Counted from the first letter of the whole stretch, positions 36,367 through 50,698 are shown. The stretch is DNA of 51,360 bases, filler included, from Basidiobolus ranarum (GCA_040143965.1; 2 parts of 2 records of this genome joined end to end with filler, not necessarily neighbours in it); one strand, 5' to 3'. Translations and numbers: made by a program. Notes: generated by a model not told the origin, from the sequence alone.

Positions 36367-37008
36367 AGTCAGTGGTCCTGAGATTGGTGAGACGAAGTAT
36401 CTAGATATATGAGTTCCTCCGTTTCACTATTACAAGAGCCTATAGTGGCGTGCAACATGTTCGCAACGATACATCAATTTTACCGCAATGTGAGATCAGG
36501 TGACTAAGGAATACATCAAAAAAGATTTTTTTTCATTTCAATCTTCAGGGAAAACGGTGCGATCAAATTCAGTCTTTCAACAATCAAATTATCTGCATGG
36601 GCATGGGCGAGTGTTAAGCGTGGAGAATAGATCATTGTAATCCTTTTTCCATTCTTTTTCCATTCCACCCCATCCTGATTATTCGTTTAGTCACCACGTG
36701 CTAGAATATTTGTGTACCATTCTTTGTGAACCATTCGAATTTTAGCGAGTAGTGAGTGTTTTGATATTCGCTTGATGGTAAAGATATCCCTGGAAAACAC
36801 ATTGCTGCGAATGACTGTGAAACACTCATTGAAACATGGAAACATTGAAACGCATTCCCCGTTGACATAACGTTTATTGCTTTCGATTTCGCTTATAAAT
36901 AGTGGATATTATTGTATGGTCATATAAACTATGCATTGATTTATGATGTTCAAGGCCCAATCAAGCATTTATGACAATCAAACCAGCTGCTGTTGTATGA
37001 GATCACTA

Positions 37009-38328
37009 TCACCAATAGATCCATATAGAAGAGCTTAATAAGAAAGAGAGGATCAAAGTGGAGCTGTGAGATATTGAGGTTCCAGATGCAGGCAAGACTA
37101 AACAATAATCGAAGAGTGAGCTTCCAGCTTCTAATTGTATACATAATGATATACCACTTACTATCCAACGATCTTTCCTGACTTGGAGGTATAGTATACA
37201 AAAGTTCGAATACCTCACCCTCATACGTGCTTAAGTGACCCGGAAATACTGGCGCCACTCTACCAGTCTCTGTGTAAACAAACAGACGATACATGCCTTC
37301 TTTTGTACCTTGAGGAATATTCCACGGGTACATTCGCGTACTACTAGGGATATTTTTTGCTACAGATATTATCGAATTGTCAAGTAGATTTCTCGCTTCT
37401 ATGTTGAAAACTTGAGGAGTGACGATTAACCCAATAGGACTCCAAGTTAAATTGAGTGTTCCTGGAATTAGAATGGTTTGACCTAATGACGGAGAAAAGA
37501 ATTGGAGTGTTGCTGGAGGATTAACAAAGTTGGTTTGTCCGACGTGACTTCCACCTGGTATACCCATAACATTTACGGCATCTCCACCTGAAATAGTAGA
37601 ATGAAGTTAGAGATATATTCTTCACTTCAAGTTCAATTAAAACACAAAATAAGTTACCTTCTGGCTCGGGCTCTTCCGGTATGGATTCAATCTCATCTTC
37701 AGGAGGAAATGACAAAGTCTCATCTGGTTGAAATTCCGGGAGTACGGGACCCCCACCATTAACAGTGGGATCCATGACTGTAGGGTCCCCTACGTGACCA
37801 AATAAAAAAATAGCTAAGTATGTAAGCTACCTGGAATCAAAAGATATCTAATATTACTTTGAGGGATTCCATTTTCGACGGAGCTTGGAACTGGTAGCAA
37901 ATTGTTAGGTTGACAGTAAATAAAAATATTGAGAGGATATAAAGAACACTCACCAACTTCCAATCTCTTGTTACCTCCTTGTGACTTTATTGACGAGGAA
38001 CCGGACTCGGAATCTAATACACGGACACTTTAACGCCTTATAATAATCGTAATAAATATACTTGTATATAGAGAGAGGGAGCTAACCTTGGCCCTCCTGA
38101 TCGTCATTTTGGAGTGTTGTTAGTATGTCTAATATTTAAGAATCAGTTGAGAATGGTTGGGATCATAGAGCCTCATTATTTCTCATCATTACCTGCGATG
38201 TATTCCAAGTCTGGGCTCTGGGAGGTGTCTGAGCTAATCTCAATTTGGTCCTGATATTCAGCTTTAGACAAGGTCATGACAATAAGCAAACATAGCAGGA
38301 TATTGAGTTTGTAGTAAAAAATCATCAT
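37009..38328 (-). CDS. Secreted/GPI-type surface protein with an acidic linker and DUF7137-like beta domain; 7 predicted exons (38328-38193, 38128-38087, 38013-37954, 37890-37858, 37789-37658, 37587-37162, 37097-37009)
   Basis: Signal peptide, in-frame GT-AG joins, domain LNLTWS...TPQVFNIE...YPWN...YRLFVYTETGR...PGHL...FELLY, hydrophobic C-terminus. Confidence 0.7.
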
Positions 38329-38643
38329 TGGACTTTTTCTCTGCAAATGAAATGGTATTGAAGATATGCCACCCAAGATGACTCTACTTATATATCAAGT
38401 GTGCGTTGTTTGAATATGTTTTTATTATGTGGGGTCCGACCATGTTGTAGATTCACTCACATACACATCTCGCATACACATGGAATCATGTTCTCCATCT
38501 TATGAATGTACTTCGATGCACCGCGCCATCCACCACGATAACTGGATTTTGGATTTACACACATATATATTCTACTCCAAAGACTAATCAGAGAATGCTG
38601 CTGCTGATAAGTGAGACCAGCTCATTGAATACACAGCTAGCCA

Positions 38644-39845
38644 TTACCATGAGCTTATTAGACCAACAGACGTCATACAGATTATTACCAGGAGATTAAA
38701 CGTTTGAATGTTTGCTGAACCAACTAAGACGGAGCTCAATGAATCTAATGAATTTATACAAATAAGCAAGGAATAACTATCAAAGCAAAATATGTTAGCT
38801 TACCTTGGAAAGAGGTTGAAATATACATGCCAAACCTGGCTGAAAATGGTGCGAGTTTCCCAGGTATAGGCAATGCCTTTTCACCACGCTCGTCAAAGAT
38901 CTTGAGCACATAATCGCTTGAAGTAAGTAACGGATAATCGGTCTGATTCACCTGAGAAGTCTTCCAAACGTAGTGCGTAGTGTTGCCTGACATATTGTAA
39001 CTTACAACGTAGCTATACATTATATCACTTCTTTCAATGACGAGGTTCAGCTGTTGCGGCTTGTAAACCACATCTCCTAGGTACCACTTGAACTCAATCT
39101 CTGCACCAATCTCAAAGTATGGGAAGAGGAGGTTTGGTACTGGTGGGTTAGTCATTCTAATTTCACCAACTGGGGATTGAGGAGTGACAATTTCACCAAT
39201 AGTACCATTCCCCCACGCGATTATCTCATTACAATTCAACACACTGTCATTTGGGCCATATATGCGTCCATAAGAGTTGTAGAGAGAAGTTCTATTAGTG
39301 CACATCTGAATGTTAGTTCCATTGACTATAACTCGGCCACTTTGGTACTGAACATCAGTACCATTGATAAATACGTGATCGCCTTTGACCAAAAGACTAG
39401 TTCCATTTACAATTGTATAACCATCTTTGACAGTGATATTATCGCCTCCGTATATTGTATGTGTACCGTTAATCAGAACCTCCTTCGAATTTACATATAT
39501 TTTAGATCCAGAAAGAGATACCTCAGTTCCGTTATAAGTGCCATTTCCCTTCAGCCTTATCTCAGTGAGGTTTAGTCCGTGGACGAATTGGCGAATTTTG
39601 TCGTCATAACCAAGGCTCTTCGTGAAATTTAGTAGTGCTAGACCTTCTTGAACTTTTTTAGGGCTCACAAGCTTGGCTAAAAATCAGATCAATTAGACTA
39701 CAGTGGTTCAAACTCGCAATAGACATGACATGTACGTACATATATTAAATGTCGAAGATTGTGGTGCCTCGAACGAGCCTTGAGAGAAAACGAATGAACC
39801 CAAAGTAGCAAGAATCAATACTACTCTATAAGCTATCATTATCAT
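38644..39845 (-). CDS. Secreted/GPI-type surface protein with an NGT-repeat region and DUF7137-like domain (3 exons); tandem paralog of the previous gene
   Basis: Signal peptide MIMIAYRVVLILATLGSFVFS; FEIGAEIEFKW...KPQQLNL...YVWKT...PLLTSSDYVLKIFDERG...PGKLAPF...FGMY; last exon hydrophobic. Confidence 0.8.
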
Positions 39846-40296
39846 AAAATACTGAGGAAGTCCAAAGCTCATGTCCGTGGCAGTTTATATATTGTACTAT
39901 AGTTCAAAACAATTCCAATGGAAATGTTAATCGATAAAAAGTTCCCATATCCAGACAGGCTTATACAGACAGGCTTGATATAGAAGGATGGCTATTTTTG
40001 AAATGAGGTGGAGTAGGGGTAATCAATGTCGTGGTTCTGGCTGCTCCGATAGTACTTATCTAGAAATGTCTAACTCTGATTGGATAGGCTGACTATATTT
40101 ACATATGAACTTATATTTAGCTGAACATATTTTTATTCAAAAGGTCTGAAGTTGAATACACCAAAAAAATAACGGGGAAGGACTGTACAGAAAATATGAA
40201 TGTTGATGGTTTAATTCAACTTGAGTTTTTTTACAAAGGTGGATATACAGATCACCGTGATTGATTCTATCCAAGTTGAAGACGACAAATCTAGTT

Positions 40297-41236
40297 TCAT
40301 TGTTTATTTAGGATAAAATCAAGCGATAACGATCGCTTTGCATGCTGATGCGGTGGACGATTAGAAGCTATGAAAACATAAGTTAGTCAAGCCCAAATTT
40401 CTATGAGAGTGAAGTGTCTGCCTTACCTTTTTGTGAGGTTCCTTCCTCTTCGCTTGTATCCGAATCAACGGACTCAAATCCCGGATTAACACACTCAAGT
40501 GGTGGTGTGGCAATGGGTGGGAGCTTGGTTAGATTCTCCTCAAACGGACACGGCTTTTGTGCCCCCAACGAGAAATGGGACGAAGTGGGAGTGCGGAGAG
40601 TACCAAATGGGTGAGAATAAGTAAAATCGAAATGTATCGAATTGGTGACAGGCGGGAAGTTATAGGGCGAGGAATTTTGATACGTGTGTGTGAGATCGGT
40701 CAGAGGGACTAACTGAGGTTTAGATAATTTGCAGGTGGGGCTGATCAACGGAGTTTGATGTGCTGCAGGTGACCCAAATGGTGGAGGACTCATGCTATGG
40801 TAAGTAGAAGTCCTTTCGTTGGAGTGATATATCACATCCTGCGACTTTGTTCGCTTCCTAGAGGTAGATCTGGATGGAAACTATTAGATCTACTTTGGCT
40901 AATGATTTGTAATGTCTCAACATACCTTATTTCATACGACAAGCCATGGTTGTGGGCCATACATTTCCCTGCACGGAACTCCCACAACTTTTTGTCGGTT
41001 AGATATAGAACTACTCGCCAGTCGCAATTACATCTTTCTGAGGTTCTATTTCGCTTGCGAACAGCATTTTTTTTGGATTCGGGCCGCCCCTCACGAGAAC
41101 AAACTATATATATTGTGGAGCTTTTAGATGTTCTTCTTCGCACTCCAAATCCACATTTTTTTGCCAACTGCTGACACCATTCAAATGCTTCTTGAGCTGT
41201 ACTGAACTGCATAGCAAAGATTTCGCGGAAGTCCAT
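40297..41236 (-). CDS. FAR1-type (MULE-transposase-derived) zinc DNA-binding protein, probable transcription factor (3 exons; first intron 40858-40925)
   Basis: FSTAQEAFEWCQQLAKKCGFGVRRRTS...IVCSREG...RTSERCNCDWRV...HNH; Ser/Pro-rich remainder; C-terminal LSLDFILN. Confidence 0.8.
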
Positions 41237-43029
41237 GTTGTTATTGAAAATACGGTTTAATGGAAAAGTTAACCGACAAACGGTAATACCCTTATTATGA
41301 ATCCATCTTCCTCTCTTTTATACCTTACATGTCGATTAATCCCAACGAGTGAAACCAGTTGTTACATAACTAGAGTTCACAAATCCAACGTTTCCAAATA
41401 CTTTTCAAATGAAAGAGTCGCTACACTTGGGAATTCATGCAACATGTGTGCTACAGGCCAATGAGTAGATCCTTCAAAATGAGAAATGACATTGTCAGTG
41501 TGAAACTGTATATTGAATTACTTCGTTAACGTAACGTTTAGATGATTCAATGAGCTGATTAGATGTATGTAGTTGTTAACCCACTAAGCTCAGGGCATGA
41601 TGTACTAACATCAAACGTCTTTCGGCTTAGCCTTTGTAGCATAATCGTGCAGTATAAAAAAGTTCTATTGGATCGCAGTGGTTATGCGACGGTGATTCTG
41701 CGCCTCTTTTGTGAACCTCGTCGTCTCAGAATTCTCCTCATGGCATGAACTCAGAATTGACTCCAAGTAACGTCAGTAAATATGAACTGACATGTACGTA
41801 AATCGATTCAACCAGCGGTCAGATATCGTTTTGGATCAAATTGGTCAGTCTTAACATGTGGTTCAATCTATCTTAGCAGCAATGTTGGATGCTAAAGATC
41901 GTGTTGATTGCTCTAAACGGCACTTCAATGATGAATCAGATTTGGTTTCAAATGGGCCGAATGACACTAGGAATACACAACTACACTTCACGTTAAAATA
42001 AACTAATATATGAATATCATAGTTCGCAGCATAAACTCGGTCGTTGAACAGAAAGAGAAAGACGCCTCAAGTAGTACTGAAACTACGACATGCTAAACTC
42101 AAATATTTAAGCCTCAATTCAGATGGAGCAGCTAGACTCAGATATTCAGTACATCCGCACACCCACACCAGTGAAACTTTGGTGGCCAATAAATAAGCCC
42201 CGAAAGGCTCTGACAGTAAGAATATTTGGAGACCAACATTGAAACCACAAGGTTACCAACATGATCGGCACTCCACATCTGTAAGGAGAAATTAGATCAC
42301 GATACGTCAATCACTGATCATATTTAGCTCAAACCTCTGCACTCTTTCTTTTTGGTGTGCCTTGTTCAAACGTTCATGTTATTACTAATTGCTGCCACCA
42401 CACCATACGAATCTTAGACTTATATCCATAGTTACAAGGTGGCTACTACTGCTGAGGAAGGTGCATAGCTACTCTCGGATGGCAGAATAGTAAAACCCGA
42501 ATCGCTATTTACTTATGTGAATCTTGAAGGAACTGTGCGAACCTTGAAGGAACACTCCATCACCTAACTCCCCCGATTCATCACATATACCAGCAAGTGC
42601 ACAAACCCAAGCCTCACTAATAATTGTGTGAGATAAGATTAAACGAAACATTGATCGTGGAAGAAATAACATAATCCAATTACTTTTGCTTACAAATGCT
42701 AGTAATGACTATCGTATCCAAGCTGCCAACCCATTCCAAATGGTAAAAAACTACTGGATTAGTCGATGGATATCTACTTGTGTGATCAGAACATCGTGAC
42801 TACTATCAACAAACGTTTAAAGCCCATAATTATTGACAAGTGTTTGGAGACAGGTATTTGGAGGTATCCAAAGATGCTGCACCTGAAACACTAATCAGAT
42901 TTACCTAGTTTGAATGCATGCATCTATTCCCGATACCCTTGATACAAATGTGTATATTATATAAAGCCGAACGGCCGTCTAATCCTGCAATGCTGCTTAT
43001 CAAATGCACTTCCCTACACAAGCAACTTT

Positions 43030-43101
43030 CAACAAATAGCTTCCACTATCCCTTAATACCCAACAAATAGCTTCTACTATCCCTTAATACCTAACAAATA
43101 G
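43030..43101. repeat. Tandem repeat, 31-bp unit, about 2.3 copies
   Basis: caacaaatagcttccactatcccttaatacc / caacaaatagcttctactatcccttaatacc / taacaaatag. Confidence 0.85.
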
Positions 43102-43523
43102 TTTACGACGCTCCTGAGTTATATTATCAAGTCTTGATTACATTGAACTGTTACAAAAAAGTATGACTACTTATATTGACATGGGACAACACTGTACCCT
43201 TTTACACGATAACATTATGATAGCCTCTTATCTCATCCTATACTCCCCGTTATCACGCAAGAATTTATTACCACAAAATCTTCTATCCTCAATCACGATA
43301 ATATACCCGCTAAAATTGTACAGACTGATGGTTACTCCAATTTTCACTCTTAATAACTAGAATAGCTACAAGTAGAATTCAGGGTGTATTGGCACTTTCC
43401 AAACCCTAGGTTTCATCTTGATTGAGCATTATATCAAGTATGACAAGCACATTTATTCCTTTATAATCCATTACTTTTCTGTTTTATAAGCTAAAGCGTA
43501 ACAAGGGCAGTAGTCAAGAGGCA

Positions 43524-46500
43524 ATGAGCACTTCCAAATGGCCGGATGAAGCTGAGGATAGCGATACTTCAGATTCTGAACACCTAAATATCTCAACCAA
43601 CAGTTCTCAATCTCCTCCAATTCCGATTCCAATACCAAGAACTTCTTACGATGAAACAGATTTCTCTCCTAACCTAAGCAAAAGTCATGATAATCCTTCT
43701 TCATATCAAACGCCCACTCTGGGTACTATACATGAGACACTTCAGCCTCAAGTAGAAAGGGAGTTGCTTTCTGAACCTTCATCATTTAATACTGGCCGAT
43801 TTTCTAGAGCAAGTAATTCACAAAGTTCGACAAATCGTAATACACAAAATACACAACCTATTAATACGTGGGTGCAGTATCAAGAATGGCTCGCCAAATC
43901 TCAATCTATGCGGCGTCGACCTCGCCGTTCTGCTCCAGAACCCTCAACTACACCCAGTTTTTCCCCGACCCTTCCTCAGCGAAATTCAACATTCGACCAC
44001 ACTTTGCACAAATCGAAACAAACTGCTCGCTCAAGCTTGTTAGGAAAAACTCCTACTACCGGAAGTATCCTGGATTACTTTGCACAGAGAAGAGAATCAT
44101 TTTTGCCCTCCTCACCTAACGTCGAAGATACTAACAGTGATTTCGAAGTTACACTTGATAACGGTACAACCAAACAACGAACCGTTTCTATGACTACTAC
44201 TGTAGATGGATACAGGTATAATTTTTTGCAACATGGTTGACTTTTATATGAGATAACTGATATTTTAATTTTTGCAGAATGTCCCAGCATTCTCAAGAAG
44301 CCGAACCGTTGATACCAGATAACAGCTCCAGTGACGAAATGTATTCAGATGATGAATACGATTATAGTAAGAAAGGACTGTATCAATCAATGACCAGGGT
44401 TTTTGAGCCGGTGAAGAAACTTTGCGAACTCACTCCCAGGAAAAAGAATGTGTTAAAATCGTCTTTCGGTTACTTTCTAGCAACCCTTTTTACATTTGTG
44501 CCATTTTTGCGAAATCTTCTGGGAGATACTTCTACTCATCTTGCTGCAACAGCCATAATTTTTCTCAATCCCGCTCGTAGATTAGGTGCTTTCTTGGAAG
44601 GTTGTATATACGGGGTCATTGGCTTGACGATCGGTGGAATGTTAGCTTGGGGGAGTTGTGAAAGTGCATCCGTTTTGAATGGCCATAACTATCATGTTGT
44701 TGGCAAAATAGTTGGTGTCATTGTATTTTGTGGTGGCGGAACATTTATTATTGCTTTCCTTAAAGCAAAATTTGGAAAACCCACCGTTAATACAGGAGCG
44801 TCTCTTGCCTATATTACACTATATGTAGTGTTGATCAAACAAGCGAGTGTACTGAAGATTGAATTCACAAGCACTGTTCTTGAAAACATCGTTCGATCAG
44901 TGCTCACTGGATTATGTGTAAGTTTCGTGGTTGCTTTTACCGTCTGGCCTGTAAGTGGTGGAGATAGTTTAAGGTGAACTTTCCGTAGTACATTCTGCTA
45001 CAATAACTTACAATCTACTGTTAATTTTACTGACTTTTCACCTCTTAGATCCGACATCGCAGTTACTATGAGCTCTTTCCGGCTTCTTCTCAAGAACATC
45101 ACAAAAACGTTCTTGTTAGATCCAAATTTCGATGATAAGATTGACATCCAAACAGCCATGCAGGCCCATCGACAATCTTTTGCCGCGCTTCAAACTTCAC
45201 TAAGCGAAGCACAGCTCGAATTTTTTAATTGGAAGGTAAAATTTCATCATATTCATTATGAAAACTCGTCTCTGTATCTCACGCAATGATGGTCTCAGGT
45301 GTTTTATCATCTTGACCGATACAATTCTGTCATTAATAGTCTCAACCGACTCTCGCAGCACTTAAGTAGTATGAGCAGTGGAATAGCTATGCAAGAAGAT
45401 ATTGTTAAGCGAGTGAAAACCAGAATGAGTTCGTTTTGGCCATCAGTAATGAGCTCGGACACCATTAAAGCATTGGATATTGAAAGTCCGTTAAGCCCAG
45501 AGCAAGAAACCACATTAGCCGAATTCATAAGATTTGTTGGTCCTCCCCTACGTTCGCTAGCCTATGCGGCCAAACAGACCATCATGGAGATTCAATCCAC
45601 TTTTAGCAATGCGAATAAAATGAATTTTATTGATGATGGAACGCTCGCCGGTGCTGTTGATTTTGCCCTTTTACAGCAAAATCTTCATCACGCGTTAAAG
45701 ATTTTTGAGGAATCTCAGATACAAGCCGTCGCCCAACTCTACCAACAGCGAGGAATTGACGGAAAGCCTAATGAAAATGTATTTATCGTATACTTTTTTG
45801 TATTTAGTTTACAAGAATTTACAAAGGAACTTATCCACCTCGTCGGAGCTGTTCGTGAGTTGGAAGAAGAGCAACGTGAAGCAGAAATTGATAAAAAGAA
45901 ATACGGGAAAATATCTTGGTGGACTCGAAGAATGTGGAAGAAAATCCAGCGCCGTCGTATAAAATCAAGTAAGAATGGGTTTATGAACCCTTCATCAGAT
46001 AGGTACTTAATTTAATGTTTAAATAGGAAAACCCAAGGCCCCAGCTCCGTCTATTATACCAGAATTCCCCGATGCGTTAGGAGAACATGACAGACCTCCC
46101 ACGGAATTTCGTCACAAGTTAACCACTCGGGCGTGGGCGTTTTTCTCTTGGTTTCGTCAGTTCGAAGTTAAATTTGCTATCAAAACTGCTGTCTTTGCTA
46201 TGATTCTATGTATTCCGGCCTTTGTGGATGATTGGAGACCTATATTTCGAGCATATCGTGGTGAATGGGCTTTAATTTCGGTAAATTTATTTACTTTATT
46301 TTCTTCCTAACAGATATCTGAATATTAATTGACCCCAGATGGCTGTTATACTTGTCCCTACCGTTGGTGCTTCAAATATGGTGGGAGTATTACGAATCAT
46401 ATGCAATTTCCTTGGCGGCTTCTTGGCAGCAGTGTTCTACTACATGTTCTCGGAAACTACCTTCTTACTCCCAGTGCTAATCTTCTTGGTCTCAATTCCA

Positions 46501-47603
46501 TGCTGGCATTTGAATTTAAACACAAAGTACCCACGTATTGGTCAGTTTACACTGCTTACGTTCAACGTGGTTCTTTTGAGTAAAATCACTTCCAGTGAAG
46601 ATAATGACGTAGATATTTTTATATTGGCATCTCATCGTGCCATTGCGGTGTCTGTTGGGGTGACGGTTGGACTACTAGTCACTAGGTAAGAAGTATGACT
46701 CCAAGATAAAACAATCGGCCTTCTTTAACATCTCATTCTTTAAATAGTTATATCTGGCCGTATGAAGCGCGAGTGGAACTTAGAAAAGGTCTTAGCGACT
46801 TTTTTAGAGACACGAGTAAACTATACCACAAACTCATAGCCGTCTATTCGTCACCTATCCCTATCGACCCACCTAACTCCAATTCAGACACATATTCTAT
46901 TTCATGCCGTTCTCTTACTTTCAATGACCATGATGATATGGAATCGATGGATGAGGATGAACATGACGAAGATTCTCGATTGTTAAACTCCATTCAAACC
47001 AAGCACAATAATGAAATCTTGGAAAATAGTCGTCGGGAATTCATGGATCTTGAGCTATCACTACAAATTAGCCTACTCAAACTTGAAGCCTTACTTGCGG
47101 CAACACCCAATGAACCACGTCTGAAGGGACCATTTCCCCAAAAGACCTACGCCATGATATTATCTTCTTGTCAAACAATACTAGATCGGTTGCTCGCTCT
47201 CAGAATTGCGGTAACTAAGAAAGAGTGGTTTCTCTTGGTTCAGGAAGATTTCTTATTTCCTACCAATCGCGAAAGACGGCATATGGCTGGTAGCATTATA
47301 CTCTATTTATACGTAATAGCCTCTGCATTTAAACTCAAAACTGCCCTCCCTCCCTATCTCCCACCCGCTGCTAAAGCGCATCAAGTTTTGGTCGAAAAGA
47401 TTCGAGAGCTTGATGTGGTGAAATCATCAAAACTACCTGACGACAAAACAGGCAACAAGGTCTATTACGTATATTATTATGCTTATGTGGTAAGTATAGA
47501 AGAAGTTATTCGTGAACTGGACAGAATCAGCGGCTACATGTACTTGCTATTTGGATGCGAAGGAGGCACTGCATTCCAACACTATTTCCAAACAGAACCT
47601 TAA
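43524..47603 (+). CDS. FUSC/ArAE (aromatic acid exporter, fusaric-acid-resistance-like) family membrane protein, about 7 exons
   Basis: Disordered N-terminus; two TM blocks; VLKSSFGYFLATLFTF, VWPVS, KFAIKT...RGEWALIS...PTVGAS, IWPYEARVELRKGLS, EPRLKGPFP, LPPYLP. Confidence 0.88.
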
Positions 47604-48764
47604 CAACATTTTATATCATGGTTATTACTATCCATACCCTTTATTGGCGATTCAGAACATCCATCATATCGTTACCCACGATTTCCTAGCACGTTTACTA
47701 GCTCACTAAATATATATCTATTCATACATTTAAGTCACAGCCAACTTATCTGATTCAACCTTATCAACTGATATCATTTCCAACCTAGTGATCAATTGAT
47801 TGTGACTTGATTGTGACATTACTGAAAAGCTTCATGGAAACTGTTACATCTTGAAGCATGTATACACAGATAACAATGAACCTCTCGCATTTGTTCACAC
47901 GGTGCTGAATCTAGAAAGAATTCTATTGAAGGACAAAAAGCCGACGATTTTGCAGCCGATTGATTCCTTCTGATTAATTAGTTGATCAAAGTTAACTACA
48001 GGTACACTATGCTGATCGGTTGATCTAGACTTGGCGGTTTCTTGATGCATTCAAGGGCCAAGGGTCAAGGGTCAATATGAATATTACTCATGACTGAATC
48101 ATGGGAAAATAGAGATCTTCAAAGTGAAGCACCAATATTTCTATGCGCAGTACAAATAAAAGCATCCAAGTGATAACGTAATGAATCACATGTCAAGACA
48201 AGTTGGTTATGAAAACAGAGCCTCGTTCATGCAAATTGTTTGACTAAACTAACGTGTCGGGTGAGTTAAATCGTATTCTTAACGTTGCAACCCATCTGAA
48301 AATCACAATCATGGTCATGGTCATGCGATCGTTGATTTAGCTTCCCCTTGCACTTCTCGTTCAATATTAAGCGCCTTTTAGTAACAATTTATTTATATTA
48401 TATGTAATGTCTGAAATCAAAATGCAACCCACATGTCAACGCAAAATCTTTGAAGATTCTAACCATATCCCCTGCTTAATGTGTAAAACCTTGGGTTACC
48501 TGATCAATTACAAAAAACGGAGCAGGACTATTGGGTTTAAATTTAGAAACCTGGTACACTCCTGTCATCATTGAGACGAATAAAAGCAGTCCCCACCCCA
48601 CGTAATTTCTCTATCCCTCCTCTTATATCACTCTAGTTGATTCAACACCTCTGTCTATACACTTCTCTTTATTAAAGGTAACCACTCATTTCGCCTACCC
48701 TCTACTGCCTTACTTTTCTATGTATTAACCTGTTTCATCAAGGCTTAACTACAGTCTATCTACT

Positions 48765-50698
48765 ATGCAAAACAAAGTCATCGTTGTTGGAGGAGGTTTG
48801 TCTGGGCTTTCAGCCGCACACACCATTTATGAAGCAGGAGGCAACGTTATGGTCATTGATAAAAGCTCGTTCTTTGGTGGTAACTCGACAAAAGCTACCT
48901 CTGGTATTAACGGAGCCTTGACTAAGACCCAAAAGGAACTTGGAATTAAGGTATGTCAATCTTCACAACATATTTGTCAATTTCTGGTTGTTCACTCTTA
49001 TTCGTTATATTACAGGATAGTGTTGAGGCTTTCTATGATGATACTGCTAAATCCGCTAGAGATTTAATCCGCCCTGAACTTGTCAAAGTTTTAACTGGAA
49101 ACAGTGCATCCGCTGTTGAATGGCTTCAATCTCGCTTCAATCTTGATCTTTCCTTAGTTGCTCGTCTGGGTGGACACTCTTTCCCACGCACACATCGTGG
49201 TAAAGAACGTTTCCCAGGTATGACTATCACCTATGCGTTGATGGAAAAATTAGAAGAAATTTCTCGGGCCGAACCACAACGCGTTCAATGCGTTACCAAA
49301 GCTCAAGTAACTCGCCTTATCAAAGATGATAATGGTGGTGTTATTGGAGTAGAATATCAAAAGAAATCTGGGGAAAAACTCACTGAATACGGACCAGTTA
49401 TTCTTGCTACTGGTGGTTACGCAGCTGATTTCACACCGAATTCTTTGATTAAAAAATATCGTCCAGAGTTCATCGATCTACCAACTACTAATGGCGAATA
49501 CTCCACCGGTGATGGTCACAAAATGGTCATGGAAATCGGTGGAAATACTGTAGACCTTGAGAAAATTCAGGTTCATCCTACCGGTTTGGTAGATCCTAAA
49601 GAACCTGATGCTAAGGTGAAATTCTTGGCTGCTGAGGCACTCCGTGGTGTTGGTGGTATATTAGTCAATGGTGAAGGTAAAAGATTCTGTGATGAACTTG
49701 GACACCGTGATTACGTTACTGGTGAAATGTGGAAAAGCAAATTCCCCATCCGTTTGGTACTCAACGAAGCAGCCTCAAAGGAGATTGAATGGCATTGTAA
49801 ACATTATGTTGGCCGTGGATTGATGAAGAAATTCAAGAATGGTCAAGAACTAGCCAAAGAAATCGGTTGCTCTGTTGATACTTTGGCCAAAACCCTCAGT
49901 GATTACAATGGATTTGCTAAAAATAAGAACGATCCCTATGGAAAGAAATTCTTCCATGGTGTACCTATCAACATGAATGAGGAATTCCACGTTGCATTGA
50001 TGACACCAGTTCTTCACTATACTATGGGAGGTGTTGAAATTGACCCAGCATCCAATGTGAAAGGTCCTCAAGGCAATATTCCTGGTTTGTTCGCATGTGG
50101 TGAATTGGCCGGTGGTGTGCATGGTGCCAATCGACTCGGTGGTAGTTCACTTTTGGGATGCGTCGTGTTCGGACGTGTTGCCGGAAATAGCGCCGCTAAA
50201 TACATTTCCGAACATCCTACTCTGCAAGGAAACAATAATCAGGTTGCCACCAGACGTTTGTTAAATATCGCAGGTCAATTAGGAACACAAATCGCCATCA
50301 ATCTAGTGCCTGAACAAAACCGTCTACAACTTGAAATCGTATGGGATGGTCAAGGTCAAAATTCCCCTAATGGCTCATCGTATCAGCCACAAAATAATCA
50401 ACAATCCTCCAATCAAGCACCCCCTGCTCAAGAAAGTAAGGCACCTGAAGCCAAAGATAAGATTTACAAAATGGAAGAAGTAGCCAAGCACAACACCAAA
50501 GATGATTGCTGGGTTATTGTCAACGGACAAGTTCTCGATGTAACCAACTTCCTATCCGATCATCCCGGTGGCGCCAAAGCTATCCTTTTGTTTGCTGGAA
50601 GGGACGCTACTGAGGAATTCAATATGCTACACAAACCAGATGTAGTTGATAAATATTCACCTGAAAGTATCATTGGCGTTCTAGCTAAGAAAGATTAG
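48765..50698 (+). CDS. OSM1: Soluble fumarate reductase (Osm1/Frd1-type flavoprotein) with a C-terminal cytochrome b5 domain; intron 48951-49015
   Basis: VVGGGLSGL, GGNSTKATSGING, LGGHSFPRTHR, QVHPTG, LAAEALRG, HYTMGG, GGVHGANRLGGSSL; b5 motif VAKHN..DDCW...HPGG...HKP. Confidence 0.93.
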
